A stretch of DNA of 64,000 bases from assembly GCA_964035545.1 (NCBI GenBank), contig OZ037769.1, forward strand, positions 1,426,001 to 1,490,000, written 5' to 3'. The translations under genes were made by a program, and so were the position numbers. Below, piece after piece: positions 1 through 21,577 of the stretch. Below the pieces are notes generated by a model. The model did no database searches. It saw only the letters and a program-made list of their open reading frames with translations, and was not told the origin of the DNA. The stretch's first letter is position 1; the number at the start of each line of letters is the position of its first letter. This DNA is from Bugula neritina. Its lineage: Eukaryota; Animalia; Bryozoa.

Positions 1-330
1 CGTCAGCACCTAAATATCACTGCTGACTTTACGCCTCTCCCCAGGGCACAGAGGGGGGCAGGGGGGTGTAAATGGCAGCAACTATTTGTCTGGCACAGTT
101 GATTCACCAATGTGGCAGCTGTGATGAACAGGTGACACTATGTGTGTTTCCTGTTAGATTCAACATTTCTTTCACCGTGACTGACATGCATTACCCTGTA
201 ACACCCCCTTCGCTGCCTGGCTGATTTAATTTCACTCTGTTAAGTTACTGTTGGCTTTTTTGTGAGCTTTCAGCAGTTGTCTGCTCCCTGAAGGTCATCA
301 AACACATCACGTAACAGGTACTATTTTCAG

Positions 331-8191
<7,861 letters not shown>

Positions 8192-10160
8192 CGGCAGCGT
8201 CGTTGATGCAGTTTAGCAGCAGCAGACTTCATACAGTGTACAGTGTTAGAGTTATACATTCATTTACTCTTATATAATGTACAGTAGGCTTATTGTTACC
8301 TGCGTCCTGTTTACTCTGCTACGTGGCAGCGTTATTTGTAATGTTGAAACGTTTTGGAACATTTAGATGTGATATTGTTGTAGACATATATTTGTACAGT
8401 ATTATCTAGATTGTTATATATAGATTGTTATATTATTATATACACACGTTACCATATCTTTACTGCAATATACTGTATAATATACTATCCTATTGATAAT
8501 ATTATATACTCCGCAGTTAACATTACCCAAAGCTACTGTTCTATATATATATTATCTTTATATAAGTCAGTTTATAGCCTGGTATTATAGTATACTCAAG
8601 TTTGTTATTATATATTCAGACATTCGCTGATATTACGTAGCGTGCATTTCCTTATTTACTCTCTTATTTTTGAGTATTTTTATTTTAATTCCAAAAAAGT
8701 TTAAAATTCAAAACCAATGGTGACCCACGAGGTACACTTGTACAGAAAACGTGTAGACTTTGCCTTCTTGATCTCTTCTGTAGTATCTCTCGTTGAAGCA
8801 TTTCTACCCAAAATACTTAATTCATGCTGCCATCATTTTCATTTTTTCAAAGATTAATGCCATTTGTTTAAAAGGAATGCATTTGTCCCCTTATGTATTT
8901 AGCGCTTATTTTTTTCTGCTCGAAACATGTTTCCCAGTTAGTGTCGGCGACTAGAAAACTCCTTCTTTCTCATAACTTCTTGGAAAACATGTTTCGAGTA
9001 ACTGTGTAAAGATGATTTGTTTCATGTTGTTTAATTTACGAATAGATTTAGTTCCGTATATTATGTTATGTAACATTGTAAGTTTTTGTGAGGCAGCACT
9101 TATAACTTTAAAGCAGCAGCATAATCGTTGTACAAATATTATATTAGTCGTGAGTTATGGTGACTTATACGATAACCTTGACCCCTAACCTGTGACTTTA
9201 ACCAGTGACCACTACTGCAAATATACTTGTAATACTAACCCATTACTCAATTATTCTAGTTTTTCTGTTTTCAGAGATACTTTAATTTCAATCTTGATTA
9301 TGTTGACATATCAAAATTACTTTTTATGCATGTTCCCTGTTACGATTTTGAGTATTCCGAACGCAATAAATGCATACATGTTATATTATACTTGCAGTCT
9401 TTTTCTCAATACTTGTACAGTTAGGCCCATTATATTTCTATTTATATACGCTGATACTTCTATAGAGCATAGTTTACGATCAACTTTTTACCTATTTTTT
9501 TCAAATCAAAACGGGAAAGCGCAGGGTTTATTGCATATTTTTTGTAAAGGTTTTTGTAGCTTTTTACCCCAATAGTGATTGCATTGCCTTTAGCATTTAA
9601 CTGTTGGTTTGCATGTAGCACTGGGGCACTAGAGTAAAGGTTCGCTGCCTTATTCAGTTACTATGTGATGTGGAGTTGTGTGGTATGACACATCGAAAGA
9701 AAAGGGTTGACAAAGAAGATATATACAGATGCACATTTATGTATATTTATATAGAATTTAATTTACTTTTTAATTGGCAGTGTTGCACCAGCAAGGGTTT
9801 GGAAGAGTCCTCTAAACTAATAGGTAATTTAATCAAGCACTCAAATCCGGGAATTAATGTTGATCAATTTATTTTTGTATTGCTTGGTAACAATCATTTT
9901 TCTGATAATTACAACTTCATTTTAAATGGTGAAAATAAATTTTGCACATCAGTAAGGCTTTCCGTGGGGTTTGAGTATATCTTTGCATAATGTATCAGTC
10001 TGTCGCTGCAAATAACTAGGTTATTAGTAAATCACCCACGAGAGGGCAGCGCTGTGCATACTTTTGATTGACCTTGTCACAGCTATATCCCAGGGTAGCA
10101 GCTATCACTTCATACTGACTGCTGCCAGAGTAGCTGAGTGCTGACTTCAAGTCTTGTAGT

Positions 10161-11228
10161 ATGTCTCAGGGAGAGGTTGTGGATCTTAGAGACTTCCATC
10201 ACCCTGTCACCTCTCTGTTTCAGGTGAGCTTTGTAATCGTAGTCTATATTAGACAGCGTAATAGTGCAGTACTTCATATTAGACAGAGTAACTGTAATAG
10301 TGGGATAGCACTTTATATTATACAGGATAATAGTACGTGGTACCTTATGTTAGACAGTGCAATACATTATATTACACAATGTAACAGTCTAGCACTTATA
10401 TTATACAATATATTATCATGGTAAAGCAGGTTCAATAGCAGGGTATTATAAAGTTATACAGCATAGCTTGCTATACACCACACAGTATACCTTATAATTC
10501 TTTCCACAAACCTAGTCTATACCTTACTATATATATAACTCAACTTCTGTATATTTCACATTTTCTGTCATGTTGCTCAAGTGCCTTGTGGCTTGTCCAG
10601 ATTCACAAACTTTTGCTGCCCCACCCCCACTTTGTCTTCAGACAAACATACAAAAACTCAGGCATTTGGTTAGTAATTTATCTATTCATTTGGTTATAGA
10701 AAGTTTGTTGCTGTTACCCTAACCAGCCAAAGTTCTAACATATAATATACAGATCTACTGCAGGTTATCTTAACTAAACAAACAAAAACTATATACTGGT
10801 GATCTTGATGCACCCAAAACTTGCAAATGTAGCTTTAGGTCTTTCCACTGTGAATATTGTTATAAAGTCAACTTTAACTGTGTAGCTTGTAAATCAAGTT
10901 AAGTTTATGTTTGAAGTCAACCACCGTCCACCATTGACTCCATATTTTCAGCTGTAGTATTTATTTCTGCTGTAGTGCTACTATTTTATATCTTCTCGCT
11001 GCAATATAGATGTCTATGTTCTACAATAAAAGGTTGATGGGAAGGATGAGGACCTGTTCTTAAGTAAGGAGCTGGTGGATGAGTTCTGGAATACAGGCTA
11101 TATAGCCAATATTCCCGTATTAACTGAAGAGCAATGTGACCAAATCTTACAAGACTTTAATAAACTTCAGGTGAGCAGGCTAACACAGTTAAGGTGTTTT
11201 GACTCCCACCCACCCCTCTCTCTCTATT

Positions 11229-11284
<56 letters not shown>

Positions 11285-14200
11285 TCCTACAAATTTTCTT
11301 GAGCATTAAGAGCTAGTAACAGTTTCTCATGATGAGTCTGTAATCTAATTAGGGGTGGGTGCAGCCTGATCTGTGAACCTTGGCTATGTTTTTCACCATA
11401 CAGGGAATGTCAGAACATGACCCTCGCTTCAACTTAATGTATGAATATCATAAGAACCAAAGTGGAGATGATTCCAACATCTTATTTCATACACTCGGAC
11501 AATGGAGAGTGTTTGATAGCTTCCATGACCTTATGTTTGCTCGGAAAATAACTGTAAGTATATATAACTGTAATTACTGCTTATGAATTTTCAATTTACT
11601 TGCAATTTTATTTTTATGTGTTTGATGTACCAAAATTAAGTAAACATACTTAAATTCTTGCTTTTACACATTATTGCATACCTACTATTAGTAAACTCTG
11701 GGTGGACACTGCTCCGTGCCCACCTTTCCAGCAAGTTAACACAGCAAGCTATTTTTAGGCTTTTCTACAAACATTATAATTAGCTTTTTGTTACAATAAA
11801 TCAAATATGCGGAAGTGCTGCATTCATACTTACAACTACAGCTAAAACAGGTGTATTTACAGATTTCTATAAATGATCTCCACATATCCACACTTTAGTG
11901 CATACTTTTGGGAAAATTATTTCAGTCTATAATAAATATCTATAAACTATAATATTTATTCTTGTCTTGTCAATTGAATCATTCAACTCATCTGTATTAT
12001 AACACAGGTTCCTTCCAGTCAACTTCTGGAGGAAGGTAAAAGAAGATCTGTGAGATGGTGGCATGACCAGGCGTTTGCTAAGCCAGCTCACCATGGTGGG
12101 GTTGTTGCCTGGTAAGGACATCACGAACACAGGTTAAGGACTTTAGAATGGATGAAATGTTTTGAGTTAAACTTTGAGTCTGGTAATAATACCATCTACG
12201 TGTTGAGACTATACTTATCATATGTTAGACTAAGTACCCATTCCTTGTACACCCACTCTTGTTTTAGAATCTAGACCATTAAGTAGTATCAGCATTACTG
12301 TACTTTGTGTAATCACAGGCCTTTTACTAGCAGCTTGTAAATTTGTAAACTACAATTTATTAACTTGTCATTTATAATCTAATTTCATTCTGGTTCTCTT
12401 ATTATCTTTTCTAAGTCTGAATTAGTAATTTGCTACAATTCAGTTTCCCATCATACAACATGTCAAAAGAAGTCTTCAAAAACAGATAATTATGCAGTAT
12501 AATATATGCACACAGAGCTCTATTTAAATAAATTACAGTAATATTACTGTTGCAGTCATTGTACCTATAGTCAATAACAGTTAGTATGTTGTTAGGTTGT
12601 ATATACTAAATAAATAACATGCTGTGTATAACTTGTCACCTTCAGGCACCAGGACTACTCTTATTGGACAAGAACTCAGCCTATGAATCACCTGACGGTG
12701 AGTCATTACCTGCTTTGATGTCTCCTTCCAAACTCAACTGGAAGCCATATCTATAGTATAAAATATTCTTGAGTTTCCATTGCAGGTTCACATAGCGTTG
12801 GATGATCAAACAATAGAGAATGGTACCCTTCACTATATCCCAGGATCACACAGGTTGTCTTTCAGATGAGTGCTATTTGCTATAAATCTTATGCTACAGT
12901 TTGTAACTGTAATATACTGCATGGCCTTTGTAATTCTAAAAAATTAGCTGGTATAGATGGTATGTGACCTCGTGTTGGTTTATTTCTATAGGCTGTGTGA
13001 TTGTTAAATAACATGCAGCATGTTCTATATACTTAAACGTATGGTATGTTTGTTGTAAGTCACAGTAAAGAGCAAAGCTAACCAGCAATATGCATGTATG
13101 GTTCCTCTCAATGCTAAAGTCAATGATCCTATATTACATGAAGAAATATATTATATGATATCCCTCTTAATGTTTGATAGGGCAGCGCAATAGTTTCACT
13201 TTGCAGTTTACGGTAATTTGGACACATGTGAATAATTGTAATTGTGCTTTTGCTAAGGTCTAGTAAGGAATGCACTGTCTATAGCGTGTGCATGCAGATA
13301 GTAAAGCAAGTATAGATGAATAATTGATAAAATGCCGAGAAAAGAGTAGAGACAGAATTGTGTTCAAGCTCATATCAGTTGTGAAATTTAAAATTGCAGA
13401 TGGACGCGAGATGGTGGTAAACCCCTTCCTGTTGTTGACTTTGACTTCAAAGACATGGAATCCATAAAAGTAAGTCTACGGGTAAACAACTCCACACACA
13501 TATGATTGGTCAGTGTAATAAGCATATAATCATGCCTCGTTTGATGTATGCAAGAGAAGAAAACTCTTACAAAGGGTAAATGTTATTGAGACTAATAATT
13601 TTGCACATGGAATTCATTTGACGCAACACAAAGGTCACCGAGTTCAATAGTTCAGTAACGGTATCGCGTTGGGGTTCATAGAAGCACTGCTCTCAGTGAC
13701 CCCGAACTTTGTGCTACTTCTAGCCATTCCTGCTGTGTTTGTTCATTACAAGCATTACAGCTACACACAAAAAACAATTTTCAGACTATTTTGACTGAAG
13801 AAGAAGTTGAAGCCTTTGATCCTCAACCGGTAGAGCTGAAGAAAGGAGAGGCTAGTTTTCACCACCCTTTAGCAGTTCACGGGTCCTACGGGAACAGGTC
13901 GGATGGACCACGGAGAGCTACCGTCTTAAACTATTTTGCTGACGGAGTAAAGTCAGCTTCAGACACTGACTTGATGGGCAGCAGCGGAGCTTTTGTACCA
14001 AAGGTCAGTCAAGATGGATATGCTAGTGATGATAGTGCACCATTGGAACACTATACATAAATCTCCTTTACCATATGTTGAAAAAGCAAATGATTTTTGC
14101 TTATTTCTAAGATTTGAAGTTAATAATTTCAGGTATATAATGTAGAAATTGAAAGTTTCAATAATGTACACATTATTACTGTTTATTGAATGATGCACTT

Positions 14201-14577
14201 ATTTTATATTTGGTTGTTGTATCTGATCATGTAACAGAAGTCCGTTTCTTACAACTAAATATATAAAAGCCAATGAGCATATAGGTGCGAGTGTAAAGCT
14301 AGTCTAGCTTAACTTGAAGGCAAAAATTAAATTTATACGTAAAGTCCGTTTCTTACAACTAAATATATAAAAGCCAATGAGCATGTAGGTGCAAGTGTAA
14401 AGCTAGTCTAGCTTAACTTGAAGGCAAAAATTAAATTTATACGTAAAAACACTTTTCTCTTTTTAGGGAGAAAAAATTGAGGGAGCTTTCTTTCCGTTGG
14501 TTTATAAACTTCCTGAAGAGCAAGATCCGACAATTAGAGTGTTTGCAACGCCGGGCTGTTCGCAAATTCTAGAATAA
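10161..14577 (+). CDS. Phytanoyl-CoA dioxygenase (PhyH)-family Fe(II)/2-oxoglutarate dioxygenase, 9 exons
   Basis: Exons at about 10161-10223, 11032-11170, 11404-11553, 12008-12111, 12646-12697, 12786-12853, 13400-13469, 13784-14003, 14467-14577. Motifs [19 protein letters not shown] (HxD iron ligands), [21 protein letters not shown] and [21 protein letters not shown] (distal His; 2OG-binding Arg). Confidence 0.9.
11237..11279. repeat. (TC)n microsatellite
   Basis: About 21 TC units in an intron. Confidence 0.95.
14238..14445. repeat. 104-bp near-perfect tandem duplication (2 copies) in the last PhyH intron
   Basis: AAGTCCGTTTCTTACAACT...TTTATACGTA repeated at 14238 and 14342 with about 2 differences. 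Confidence 0.95.
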
Positions 14578-15186
14578 TGGTTGGCTTCAGAAATGAGTAA
14601 CTTTCAATTCTGACAGGTGATAGATTCCTCCAAAAGAACTTATATTTCTCAATATTTAGCTCAGCATTTCCGTAACATCATGTGTTTATTTAAAACAATT
14701 TGCTATGACCAGAGTGCTTGATGCCTAACCTGACAACTGCTGATGTATTTCTATAACTTTTAAATGGCAGACTAACAATAAAATAATTAGATATAAACAC
14801 ATCACATAGTTTACTCCAGAATCAGGGTTAAAACGCGTCAGAATGAATGTAGAATTTCTACATTAGTTTTATTATTATACAAGTAAATTAGTAGTTGAAG
14901 TGCACAGAATCTGGAGTAAAAAGAGCAAGAATACTGTACAAGTAGCATTGCTGCCGATATAACTGCAACTATCACTTAATGCTGATGCACATCATGGCCA
15001 TGCATATTTGTCGACTATAAAAATGGCAGCAAGAGAGTCTATACACATTCTTCGAAGCAGATTTTGTATGATACCGCTGCCTCGTCTGTACCAGAGAAAG
15101 ATTGGCAGCTGTCCACACCAGGATATGACATGGTAACTAGTCAGGGAGTTACTGAGCGGCCATTGGCTGTTCGAGATGTTACGGAG

Positions 15187-17347
15187 TTACTGATTGGCCA
15201 TTGGCTGTTCGAGATTACTCATGAGCAGGTTGAGCCACTTCTTGATGGAGGTGTCTTCACGGACACAAGCGGCAAAAGTCCCATCTTTGACCTGGTCAGG
15301 GAGACATTGCCTGAGAGCCTCCCGCGCTCGGGGGTTGTCTGAGAGACGGTGGTAACAGCGTATCACGTGCTTGAGTAACCTGGCTGAACGATCTTTGGTT
15401 AGCTGAATCACCATCTTGCCCTGTCAGTTATACAGTAGAAAGATTAGTTACAAATATACTTACACATTAGTATACAGGTGTTACAAGTAGACTTACACAT
15501 GAGTATACAGGTGTTATAAATAGACTTACACATTAGTATACAGGTGTTATAAATAGACTTATACATTAGTATACAGGTGTTATAAATATACTTACACATC
15601 AGTATAAAGGTGTTATAAATATACTTACACATTAGTATACAGGTGTTATAAATATACGAATATAAAATTAGTAAGCTCAGTTCTATAGAATTTCTGCAAA
15701 ACTTTTAGTCGCAACGCGTAAAAGCTGATCACTAAATCTTGAACTCGATGTTGAATGCAAAATAGAAGTAATATTATATCTTAGCTGTGGAACCTAGCAG
15801 TTTGTATATATTCATATTTTTTAAATTTTGGTGTTGTCCACCCACTACTGTTACGCAGGATAAAGAATCAGATTAAAACTCGAAATGATTAAACTTACGA
15901 GTATCATAGCTACGTGAGAGAATCTGTCGTACGTCTGACATATGTAGGACAGACCTGTTTCGTCATATAATATCTTCTGCAGAATAAATGTGGCAACCTG
16001 CAGAATAAATGTAGCAACTTGCAGAAAAACGTTCTATATTGCATAATAAACTATCTCGCAGTGGTTGAAATTTACTAAGGAACAATAATTACAAACCGTT
16101 TTTGATAGTTCACTTCCGGACTCCATGATACGCAGACAGAGGGGGATAATTTCTGTAGCGAGTAAAAAATTTATAACTTGTTGGTCATCAGTCTACAAGA
16201 GACGAAGCCTGTTTTTGCCACAGAAGACTCGTATATCAAATAACATATGCTTAGATGTTATGGTGTTATAAAACATAAAGTGTCTTTAACACACATGTGC
16301 ACTGACAACTTTGATATCTACACTTGTTGTTCCATAACCACATACAGTCTGAGAGTAGAGGTAAATGGATACCTTCACTAGAGCTCCGATGACTCCAAGA
16401 CTGGTTAGCCTGAGATACTCGAAAGGTCTGGTTTTACTCACAGTGTGTAGGAACGGGTAGAGAAAGAGAGGAATGTGAGCTAAAAGAGATAACCATAGCT
16501 GTATAGTAGTATCGCAGTGGCTATGAGATGATACAGTAAAAGCAAACACTAAATGGTAGGAAGGGGTGCTAACATACCCTGTAGAAAAGCACTTCTGGTC
16601 TCAGGATGTGAGGCTACACACTGAAGTAGAGCTAAAGCATTGCACACTCTGTTAGACTGGTGAGCCTGGAATATACAACATACTCTTAAAACTTTTCTGT
16701 TATAGTAGAGTCATTACATCTGCTATGATGACTCAAAACAGTTCACCCCATGAATTAAAATTCTTACTTAAAATAGAGTAAAGCAGCCAAAACTTTACTT
16801 TGTGTTAAAATGGGGTATATATGAAACTTTAGTTCCAAACAAATAGATACTATGACATGCTGCATCAACCCATATGATTGGCTGTAGAAAAGGTAGAACA
16901 CTTACCGTTAGGTTGGGTGGGTTTATTGCCGGGTATATATTCACTATTTCCTGTAACAATGCGGCTATAGTACCAAAGGAATGCCACAACATCGGGGCCA
17001 GTCCTGGTACCTGCTCTCTCTTCTTACTGCAGATACACCAGTTATTGTATATTCACACAGAACACTGCACCACATCTATATTCATCACATAAGGCGGGGA
17101 GATGAACGTACCTGAGTTCTAGAAGAGAATTTTCTCTAGTAGAAACACTGGCTAACTCGACTATCCACTGGTAAATTTTATCCATCATTTCTGGCGGTAC
17201 TGATGGTATTTGGTTGGCTGCTGACGGTGTGATTGTCTGTTGACCTTGACCTTCCATAGGTTTAGCCTGAGAAACATGCTGCATACCTGCCTGTTGAACA
17301 GGGGGCGTCTGTTGGCCCGGTCTTTGAAGTGCCGAAGAGCTTTGCAT
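15187..17347 (-). CDS. CNOT9: CCR4-NOT complex subunit 9 (RQCD1/CAF40), 7 coding exons
   Basis: Exons encode [138 protein letters not shown] and [30 protein letters not shown], which are essentially the invariant Rcd1 sequence. Confidence 0.97.
15444..15656. repeat. 33-bp minisatellite (ATTAGTATACAGGTGTTATAAATAGACTTACAC)n
   Basis: About 6.5 copies next to the acceptor of the last CNOT9 exon. Confidence 0.9.
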
Positions 17348-17789
17348 CGCCTAGAATATAATTTAGAAAGTTATATAAAAGCTTAAATTTTGAACATAAA
17401 AAATTAAGATATTGATTTACTTTTCTCAAATCAGTATAACACAGCTGTCTGCTAGTAGTAGACTAGTAGTACTACTACTACTAGTACTACTACTAGTTCT
17501 AGTTCTTTTTCAACCATAAATGAATAATATCTTATTCTACGACTAAGACTCAGAGTAATTGTAAGTGACTGGTCTTCTTCTACGACCCTGACAACAAAAC
17601 TAAGAGTAACTCAAAATGCAAATATGAACACTGAACAGGAACTCTAAAATTGAAAGCAAAATTTTCAACTTGAACTTGCAGTTATTCACTTATACTTCTT
17701 CATTATAATCAAAAATTATAATAAAAATATTTGACAGACCTATTTATACTATCAGTGAGTAAATAATATTTGCAACTTTTGGATTCTCA

Positions 17790-18270
17790 CACCTTCACAG
17801 TTTTAGAACAGGCAGTAGACCTGAGTTACACAAAAAGTTCTACACCTTTTAGCTGCTAAATGGGAAATTAAATATTCTCGTATTATTATGTCTATGAAAA
17901 GCGATGTTTAGACAGTCTGACAGTTTTGATTGGACAATTCTTTCGGAGAGCTTCAGCGAACAACGTTTTTTCAGGAGTATTTAGCTTCAGTTTCATCTAT
18001 GAAAAGCAGTTGAGATGTCCCCCTAAATTGATAAAGTTTTTAGGTTATGCGGTCAAGATCAGTTTAAAGGGAAGCACACTGATGCTTTCTAGCAAGTTAC
18101 GTAAACTTGAAGTTAAACTTTATTATTACTATTATACTTAGTATTATTATAATTTTAATAGTACTAGTAGTAGTACTCTAGAGTCTAGTTGTAGTACTAC
18201 TACTAGTGCTTATACTACACTACTACAAATATGAAATAGTAGTACTAACTCAACTACTAAGGAGTAAGGT
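17790..18270. promoter_or_regulatory. Probable bidirectional promoter CNOT9/GTF2H1
   Basis: Divergent ATGs at 17347 (-) and 18732 (+), each preceded by an acceptor AG and so by a 5'UTR intron; candidate minus-strand donor near 17790; CCAAT box (GATTGG) at about 17927. Inferred from layout. Confidence 0.5.
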
Positions 18271-18731
18271 TTCTTACTTTTTTCCCCGGGGCTGGTAGTG
18301 GTAGCTCTAAACTAAAACTGGTAAACGAATAAATTGAAATTTAATAAATTGTGATGTAAAAAAACAAACTAAAACTTTCAAACATTCAAAATTAATCATG
18401 TGATTACTGCTCATCATTGTAAAACTGAATGTAATGCTAATAGTAATTGGTAATCCTAATCAGTAATCTTTGCCATTAAATTAATAAATGATCAATAATA
18501 ATATTTATATTATAATTTAGATTATATTTTGTTACTATCACTATCAGTATGACTATGATTATTAGTGTTACTGATACTATTACTGTTTTCACTGTTGTTG
18601 TAAATGGTTAACATCAACATGAAACTGGAACTTTGAAGACCAAATGTTTTTAAAGCAAACATTCTCCTCAAAGTGAAAGTTACAAATGTTTGACTGAAGT
18701 TTTTATTTATTTATTCTACAGCTCAGCTTTA

Positions 18732-21545
18732 ATGGCGTCATCTAGTGAGGATGTACTTCTCATAGTGTCTTCTGTGTGGCATAAGAAGTCTTCAGGAAGC
18801 TTGTATCTGATGGGAGAACGCATAGCATGGATGTCAGACACCAAATCTATATTTACTATTAGTCATAACTACATTGATATAAAAAGTAGGTTGTGTATAC
18901 AGTGAATAGTTGACAGCAACCAAATGTCACCACTCTGCGTTATACAGAACTATTGATTGAGAACAGCCTCTCATTCTTGTTAATCATTACAGTTGATGGC
19001 GTAGAGTGGGGGTCATATAGATGTCAAGGATTTGTAATCTGTTTTATTATTCAAACCTTATTTAGCTTTTTTATAAGTTATATGTTGCAGGATTTGCTTT
19101 CCACTTGTTTCACCCCTCTCCGCCGAGAAAGTAAAATATTGCTGTTGAGTCTAATATTTTTAAAAACTTGTAATAATTAAAAAGCTACTTCTATTATTGC
19201 AGTACAGAAAATATCTCCGGATACAAAAGAGAAGGTACAGCTGCAGTTGGTGATGCACAATGGCGACGCCAACACATTTCACTTTAGAAATGGTTCGGGA
19301 CGGGATACTCAGGTGGCTGACCGTGAGAAGGTCACGGAACTTCTCAAGAACTTGTTACCACAGTTCAGAAGTAAAATCAACTCCGAGTTGGAACTTAAAC
19401 ACAAGTATGTGCGCAATAATCTCGAGTCTCAATTCTACTCTTTGACAATACGACACTTACATAATATTAATTAGTTGAGCAGTTTCTTCCGTATATTACT
19501 TTGTTGGTTATTTTATTATGTTATTGTTGTTTCTTAGAAGTAAGGAAGTAAAATAATATTAGTGCAATTTATCATTTTGATATTTTAGTTGAAGGTAATT
19601 TATTATTACTAAACAAAGTAAACTTAATATAGCTGTTGGTAACTGTAGCAGTAACTATAATTGTTAGTAACAATAAATAGTAAGTATATTTCTAACAGTT
19701 GGTACATTGTAAGTGCCAACTAAATAGCTACGTACAATTTCTGCTCATGATGCAGACGTTATTGATTCTCACTAGGATGCTTCAAGAAGACAAACAGCTT
19801 TTCCAGTTGTATAACGATCTCGTGGTTAGTGGAGTCATAACTGCTGAGGAATTCTGGTCTAACAGGATGCAGGTGGGCGTGGCTTCTCACATGGTACAGA
19901 AGTGCATGTACAACAATGCAGTATTGTAATACAGTACCTTTCAGACAGTTGTTGTCATTGACAATGTATGAACTGCTTTTCTACCTTCAGACATCAAAGC
20001 ATGTGACTCTTAGTCAGCATATCGGGGTGTCCCCTTCTTTTCTCTCGGAGATAAAACCAACGTCTCAGGGTTCAAACAGCATCAGCTACAATCTCACCAC
20101 CGATATGATAGACTCTATATTCAAGACATACCCTCAAGGTAGGACTTCCGATACTCTGTATTTAACTCATTCCATTACTATCACTAGTATTATGAATTGT
20201 ATGTTTAGTGTTTACCTTCGAGGTGCTGCTGCGAAATGTTAAGAATCCTATGTAATCCATATTTTACCTTTTCCAGTAAAGAAGAAACACTTTGAATGCG
20301 TTCCTCACGAACTTACGGAGAGCGAGTTTTGGACAAAGTTTTTTCAGTCTCATTACTATCACAGAGACAGGATAAATATGGGCTCCAAGGATGTCTTCAC
20401 TGAATGTGCCAAGGTCGACGATAAAGGTGAGTGTAGCGGTCACTATGATGTCACATGTGACTGGTGGAGCTACTAACAACCGCTTTCCGCTAGCCTTTAA
20501 GCATAATCTTTGGAGAGACAATGTAGATTTATATATCATTGGCTGTTTTGAGTATTAATATGGGTATGACAGATGTGATGCTTGGCTAACTGAGACACCT
20601 GTAGACGGGTGTCTTCTTTATAATTTAGTATCTAAAAGCATTGTGTAACGTTTCATCTTTAATTATATCTGAAAATCATTGACTCCATGTCATAGCATTC
20701 CTTGCGCCCAAAGAATAACCTAGCACAAGTATTCCATTTATTACATTTTCTGAGGTTGCTAGCACTGGCTGTAGACAGAAGATATAATTACCTAACGTGA
20801 TATCACGATGCATGACACCTTACTCCGTATTTTACTTGTAGAGATGATAAACGATCTTCTAGCAACAGCATTTTCTGGTAACGCAGTAGACATGACGTCA
20901 ATGGCTGACAATCCAATCGGAGAGGTACTTCATTGTGTTATTTGAGTTTATAAATAGTTTTTACAACTACATAATATACTCTTTGTACAGGTATAATATA
21001 TAGCTACTGTATAACTATATACTCTTTGTACAGATATAATATATAGCTACTGTATAACTATATACTCTTTGTATACTTGCAAGGACTTCGGTGAATCCAC
21101 TGAGACTGCAGGTAAACAGTCCTCCTCTCAGTCTAGCAATCAGACTATCATCAAGAGGTTCAATCATCACTCCACCAGAGTTCTCAAGACTGCAGACGCT
21201 GCTGCTTCTTCCAGTTCAGTGGAGGCAGCAGATAAACCTTCTGACAGCAAACCAACTAACTCTAAGGTAACTAAACTATAGTTGTAGTAGTAGTAGTCTT
21301 AGTAATATTAGTAGTAGTAGTAGTAGTAGTAGTGGTAGTAGTGGTGGTAGTGGTGGTAGTGGTGGTAGTGGTGGTGGTGGTGGTGGCGGCGGCGGTGGCG
21401 GTAGTGGTGGCGGTAGTGGTAGTAGTAGTGGTAGCAGTAATAGTAGTAGTAGTAGTAGTAGTAGTAGTAGCAGTAGCAAACTAACTGACTCTAAGGTAAC
21501 TCTAGACTGTAATTGTACTCGTAGTGGTCTTAGTAATAATAGTAG

Positions 21546-21577
<32 letters not shown>

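Noticed and set aside
1-131. Possible coding exon of the TNRC18-like gene
   Set aside because: No stop-free frame is phase-compatible with the 331 exon; left unannotated.
12100-12115. 15-nt match GTTGTTGCCTGGTAA between PhyH exon 4 and the 22-bp repeat at 7888-7990
   Set aside because: Short isolated match with no flanking homology; most likely coincidence.
16360-16372. CNOT9 donor GTATCCATTT resembling a U12-type 5' splice site
   Set aside because: It departs from GTATCCTTT and no TCCTTAAC-type branch site is visible before the acceptor, so it is treated as U2-type.
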